From: the human T2T-CHM13v2.0 reference genome, Homo sapiens
Direction: 5' to 3' (one strand)
Assembly (NCBI RefSeq): GCF_009914755.1
Contig: NC_060930.1
Length of the DNA: 64,000 bases
Part shown: positions 58,911 to 64,000 of the stretch, piece after piece
Layout: each line of letters starts with the position of its first letter
How positions within the stretch are numbered: position 1 is the stretch's first letter
The notes under the pieces: generated by a model
Told to the model about the DNA's origin: nothing
Database searches by the model: none
Seen by the model: only the letters and a program-made list of their open reading frames with translations
Translations under genes and position numbers: made by a program

Positions 58911-60003
58911 CAAAGCTCCACTCTTCTGGAAGCTGCAGCTAAGGGAACCCAGGACCTGACAAGCCAGCAGAAGGGTAAGAGATTCTTACCCATCAGGCTC
59001 CCAGCCTCTGTTTGTCTCTCTCTGGTGGAGCAAATGGTAAAAAGCACTGTTTCTTTTTCACCTGCAAGGTTTTGATTAATAGGAGAAAAGGACTTGTGTG
59101 ACTAGTCTTGGTGTAGTCAAGTACAACTCTGTGTACTCATATTGAATCCCTTTTCTTCCAGAAATCATCTTTTCCTATGCCTTTGTTTTTCTGGGTGTAG
59201 CCAAGTACAACTCTGGTGTACTTTTTGGTATGCATATTCATATTTAATCCCTTTTCTTCCAGAAATAATATTTTCCTATGCCTTTGTTTTTCTGTGCTGT
59301 TCTGTCAGAAAGATGGGTACTGGATAAGGTTTCCTCTTGTCTTGTTTTATGTCCATGAGAGCTTGACTTGTGATGAAGTGAGAGCACATTCTTTTTGTCT
59401 CCACCATCTGGGGGGCATGATCTTCAAGTCATGACAGGTGACCATTCTAAAAATGGCTGGGAACTTGAGGCCAGCACAGTTTCTGTTCTGAACGTGTCAA
59501 GTTCTCAGGCGAGTTTGTCTTAACAAGTCCCATCACCATGGGACTTTTGTTGTCTCAACCTTGTTGCTTGTTAGTCTATGGCAACAAGAGTGTTTCGCTA
59601 TCTGAGACTGTCCCTGGTAATGAATTTTGGGGGAGGGGGATTTGGGGGATTGCTTCTTCTATGCCTTCTCTAGGAAACACCACTTTGTTCCAAGCCTGGC
59701 AAATTATAATACACCCTGAGCTTTCCATAAAGAGGCAAAGACTCCTATGTTTAAAAAAAAAAAAAAAAAGGAAATTTGGAGATCACTTATTCTAAATAAT
59801 TGACTTCTTTGTACCTGTAGGAAGACCAAATTGAAAGAAAGACACATAATAGTATCATGGTTAGCCTTAGAAATTTCCTTGACTAAATTAAAGAGCAAAA
59901 ATCTGACCTGAAACAAAGTTAAAAGCCCTTGTACATTAAAACTGCCTGCTTTGGACCCTTTGCAGGATTCACAATGAAGTCTAGTCCAGCTTGCAGTGTG
60001 ACA

Positions 60004-60061
60004 GCTAAAATTCCATGCCTTCATTCCTGCAGCCTTGGTTTGATTCCTGGTCAGGGAATCA
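60004..60061 (+). pseudogene. Degenerate tRNA-Glu(TTC)-derived sequence within the ERV internal region
   Basis: 42/58 identities by hand to the recalled tRNA-Glu 3' three-quarters, mostly C>T/G>A changes; ends ggtcagggaaTCA (about CCA). Confidence 0.65.
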
Positions 60062-61215
60062 ATCTCTTTTGGTTTGAAGTTTGTGTGACTTTTGGCTTTT
60101 GGGAGTAGGCATTTATTGGTCCTTTTCTCTTTCATGGGCAGCTTTTGAGTGGGGCATATGGGGCTTTTGGGCATTTGTGTGAAAATGGTCAGCTGAGACG
60201 CTGAGACCTTAAGAGAATGCAGCCGGACAGATGTGGGTTGTAACACATTTGTGGCTAATAAAACTCCTTTCTTTGAGCTGTCTTTGAGGTGGTTCTGGAT
60301 CTTATGAGGTGGGAGAATATTTTTTGTTTTTTGTTTTTTTTAAAGTTAAAAGCCAGAAATATCAGTTGTTTGTCATGGTTAAAATCTGTTAGAGATTTAA
60401 AAGGATTTTTTTGAAAAGATCTCCATGGTCAGAAGTCAGCTTCATTAAAAGCCAATATTCAAGCTATATATACACATATACTTTTCTAAAAAGGCCTTCC
60501 TGCTTTTTAAGGCCCGTTTGGGGAGATTTTTTTCAGTCAACTGAAACCTCTTTTAAATATGTGCTTGGTTCCTCTGTTCTTTTCCTTTCTCAAGAATTAT
60601 TTTATTTAATTCTCCTCCCTATGCTGTCTTTCTCTTTACTGTCTTTGATACCACATGAAAAGATCTAGAAGGGAGTGCTAGTGACTCAGGCCCCTTAAGA
60701 AACTCAGAAAAAGGTGCCACTCACCCCCTTTTGAAGTCTTCTGTTTTCCTTGTGGAGTTTCAGGAGTCACAGGCAGGTTCTCTCAGATCTAAAGCTCTGC
60801 TCTATTTTACATTCTGTTACCTGATCTCTTTGGCCTTGGGGATGCCAAGAATTACTTTGTACTCTAAGAGAGAACTTGACCTTTATGTGTGCAATGGCTG
60901 GTGGGTCACTGGCAAGAACTACAGTTTGGGAAGTTCTGACAGTGATTGCAATAAATGGTTGTCACTACAGGCGGCTATGTATTTCTTTGTGTTTAGATGA
61001 GAAAGGTGCAGTTTGAACACTTGGAGTCTATGAGAGTGCTCACCACAGAGGGATGAGACTCTCATGGGAGATGAGCTTGTCAAAGTGGGTCAAATGATTC
61101 TGGGTTGCCCACCAGCTTAGGGGCAATGTCTTTGTAACAAGAACTGTCTGCCTAGCCCTCATCTCAAGATGTGTGTCTATTTTTTGGCACCTGGAATTCA
61201 ATGGAAAAGTGGAAC

Positions 61216-61493
61216 AGAGTTTCGCTCTGTCACCATGCTGGAGTGCAGTGGTGTGATCTCGGCTCACTGCAACCTCTGCCTCCCAGGTTCAAGTGATTGA
61301 GGTTCCTACCTCAGCCTCCTGAATAGCTGGGCCTACAGGAGCGTGCCACCATGCCCAGCTAATTTTTGTATTTTTAGTAGAGACAGGGTTTCACCATGTT
61401 GGCCAGGATGGTCTCAATCTCTTGACCTTGTGATCCACCTGCCTCAGCCTCCCAAAGTGCTGGGATTATAGGCATGAGTCACTATGCCAGGCC
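61216..61493 (-). mobile_element. AluS-type lacking its A-tail
   Basis: Reverse-complement dimer starting directly at acagagtttcgctctg. Confidence 0.9.
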
Positions 61494-62840
61494 AGAATCC
61501 TTGATTTTTAAAGATCTAGATATACTTTCCAGCTGTGCCTGCTTTTCACATATTTAAATATTAGGTCCCCCATAAAACCTGCAATGCTTTTTTGGGGCCC
61601 AATTTGTTAATGAGCTTTGCCCTGAGGTCAGTGGTCCAGTTGAAGAATGAAGACAAAATTTAAAAGCCACCTATTCAAATAGATTGGTCTCCAAAATATG
61701 ACTTTCTGGTGTTTAGCTGGTTATTTTGAAAAGGTTTCTAAATTTCCTCTAGGCCCATCTGCATGTTTCCTTATGAAATCCTATGATTTTATGTTACCTT
61801 GGCATTTATTTTTAATCTTCCTCTAACACACCCAAACTCCTCGAAAAAGCTAAATCCTCTTTCTCTGTGCTTTGAGATGTAAATTTGCTACCACGTTTAA
61901 TCTAAAACTCAGTGAGGGCTTTACCTATGTGAGAAAGATAAACTTTATCCTTTTGCATTTACAAAGGTACAGTTTGAATCCAAATGCCTTTTAAACTAGT
62001 GAGTTTTAATGGTCTCATGACTAAAATTTTAAAGTCAAAGCTATAAAGTCTTTTTTTATGTTTGTATTTTTATATATACGTGGGTACACATCTATGTTTA
62101 TATATTGTCCCAACTTAATTTATAAATAAATGAGTGCTCATAAATAACTAGCCCAAAAGTTTATCAAATTTACATGATTTTAGTAATCTTTCATAAATAA
62201 AGTGATTTTAAAAGTTATTGGTAAAATATAAATGTCTTCAGAATTTAATTTAGACTTTTTTTTTTGCCTGGTTCTATTGGTCAGACAGGTGTATACTGTC
62301 TCTAATAGATGTTTTAAAGTGATAAAACTGTTGCTTCTCTGACATTTTTAATCTGTGAGTTTATGTTTTTGGATTTCAGCCTTTAGATTTTGAGGTCTAG
62401 GCAAGTGACCACGGTGAGGCCTGGGAACAGGGCCTAATCCCTTTCTCCCTGGCTCAGTTGTGCCTTCCGGCCTTGCTAGGAGGAGTTGGATCCTCCAGGC
62501 ATAGTCTTCACATCCCTGTCCCTTGTCCCAAGATCTGCATCTGGTACATAATTAAAATTGCTTATTTCCTAGGGTTTTCACAAAATAAGGTTACCAAAAT
62601 AAAAGATAACATTGTGATTAATATGTGTAATTAAAATTGCTAGATATATTAATAAAATAAACAGTTCTGTATACAAAGTACATAAGAAAAGTAGGAAGTA
62701 TTTTCGGTTTAAAAAAGGTTATATAAGGAGGCAGGAAAATGTGGGTTTCGTTAAAGGAAAAGTAATTTTGGTTAGTTTAGAGGATTTTAAAAGTTGTCTT
62801 AAATTGAAGGAATAAAAATAATAATAGATAAAACTTAATG

Positions 62841-63144
62841 GGGCTGGGTGCATTGGCTCACGCCTGTAATCCCAGCACTTTGGGAGGTCAAGGTGGGTGG
62901 ATCACCTGAGGTTGGGAGTTCAAGACCTGTCTGGCCAATATGGCAAAACCCTGTCTCTACTAAAAATACAAAATTAGCCAAGCGTGGTGGCGCATGCCTG
63001 TAATCCTAGCCACTCGGAGGCTGAGGCAGGAGAATTGCTTGAACCCAGGAGGCTGGGGTTGCAGTGAACAGAGATCACGCCATTGCACTCCAGCCAGGGC
63101 AACAAGAGCAAAACTCCATCAAAAAAAAAAAAAAAAAAAAAAAA
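62841..63144 (+). mobile_element. AluS-type
   Basis: Dimer plus poly(A); TSD aaaacttaatgg / aaaacctcaatgg. Confidence 0.95.
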
Positions 63145-63454
63145 CCTCAATGGATACAGAAAGTTGGAAAGAAAGAAAATGGGGAAAATTATAAGACGTT
63201 AAAAAGGGTTTATGGAAATATTATTGTGTGTGGTCAAAGCTGATTGAGATTGCATGAATCTGCTTATAAGGTTTTATTAAAATTATTGTTAGCATTAATA
63301 ATACACTGATGCAAAAGTGAAATTTGACTTTCTTTTTAGAACATGATTTTTGTGTAATATTCATAAGAGATAGTAAAACATTTTTTGTTTACATTTTATA
63401 TAAACTGCAAAAAAAAAGGGAAGAGAGAGATTTTGTTTGCCTCTTTATCGGGTC

Positions 63455-63786
<332 letters not shown>

Positions 63787-64000
63787 ATCAGGTCTTTTAA
63801 TTGTTTGAAAAGCTGAGTCTCCTGTCACTCTATATGATTTTTGCCTTTTGAAAGCTTTGAATTATCACTTTGGCTAATTGAATGAATGTTTTTTTTCAGT
63901 GACTTGTGTTCCCATTTTGAGCACTTTCCAAAATCATATTTCAAATTCCAAATTTGATCTTTGGCCTAAAATTAACTTTTTGTATATTAGGGATCCTGAA

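Noticed and set aside
59987-60061. Functional tRNA gene
   Set aside because: 5' acceptor stem and D-arm are degenerate with heavy CpG decay; kept only as a derived remnant.
59704-60246. 180-aa ORF in the ERV internal region
   Set aside because: Antisense to the ERV, crosses a poly-A run, and has no gag/pol/env motifs.

Overview
Primate, almost certainly human, genomic DNA. The window holds one real protein-coding exon: the large isoform-specific first coding exon (exon 1B) of CLIC5, chloride intracellular channel 5, long CLIC5B/p64-type isoform. It lies on the minus strand (ATG at 35330, 180 codons, phase-0 GT donor at 34790). Left of it is CLIC5 intron; right of it is upstream or alternative-5' sequence. 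Most of the rest is transposon-derived: about 10 Alus, a TSD-flanked 5'-truncated L1PA13-like element, an unusual 3'-deleted young L1PA3/4 with an intact promoter and an open endonuclease ORF, older L1M/L2/MIR, MaLR LTRs (MLT1A-D, THE1A, a full MSTA provirus), a cluster of MER4-group ERV1 LTRs with an internal region, and hAT DNA transposon remnants. Nearly all other ORFs in the track are repeat-derived or chance. I cannot demonstrate a wholly new system. The best candidate is a composite architecture around exon 1B: (i) its own TATA/RUNX/CCAAT/NF-kB promoter plus a strong in-frame splice acceptor (hybrid first/internal exon); (ii) a co-oriented, poly(A)-less L1 promoter 6 kb upstream; (iii) a ~200-bp, ~91% identical non-Alu inverted duplication bracketing the exon; (iv) a donor read-through frame that mimics the CLIC membrane-insertion helix. 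Several templated-insertion and repair scars are also visible. Repeat family names and CLIC5/L1/tRNA reference sequences are recalled from memory, not searched, and old-repeat boundaries are approximate.
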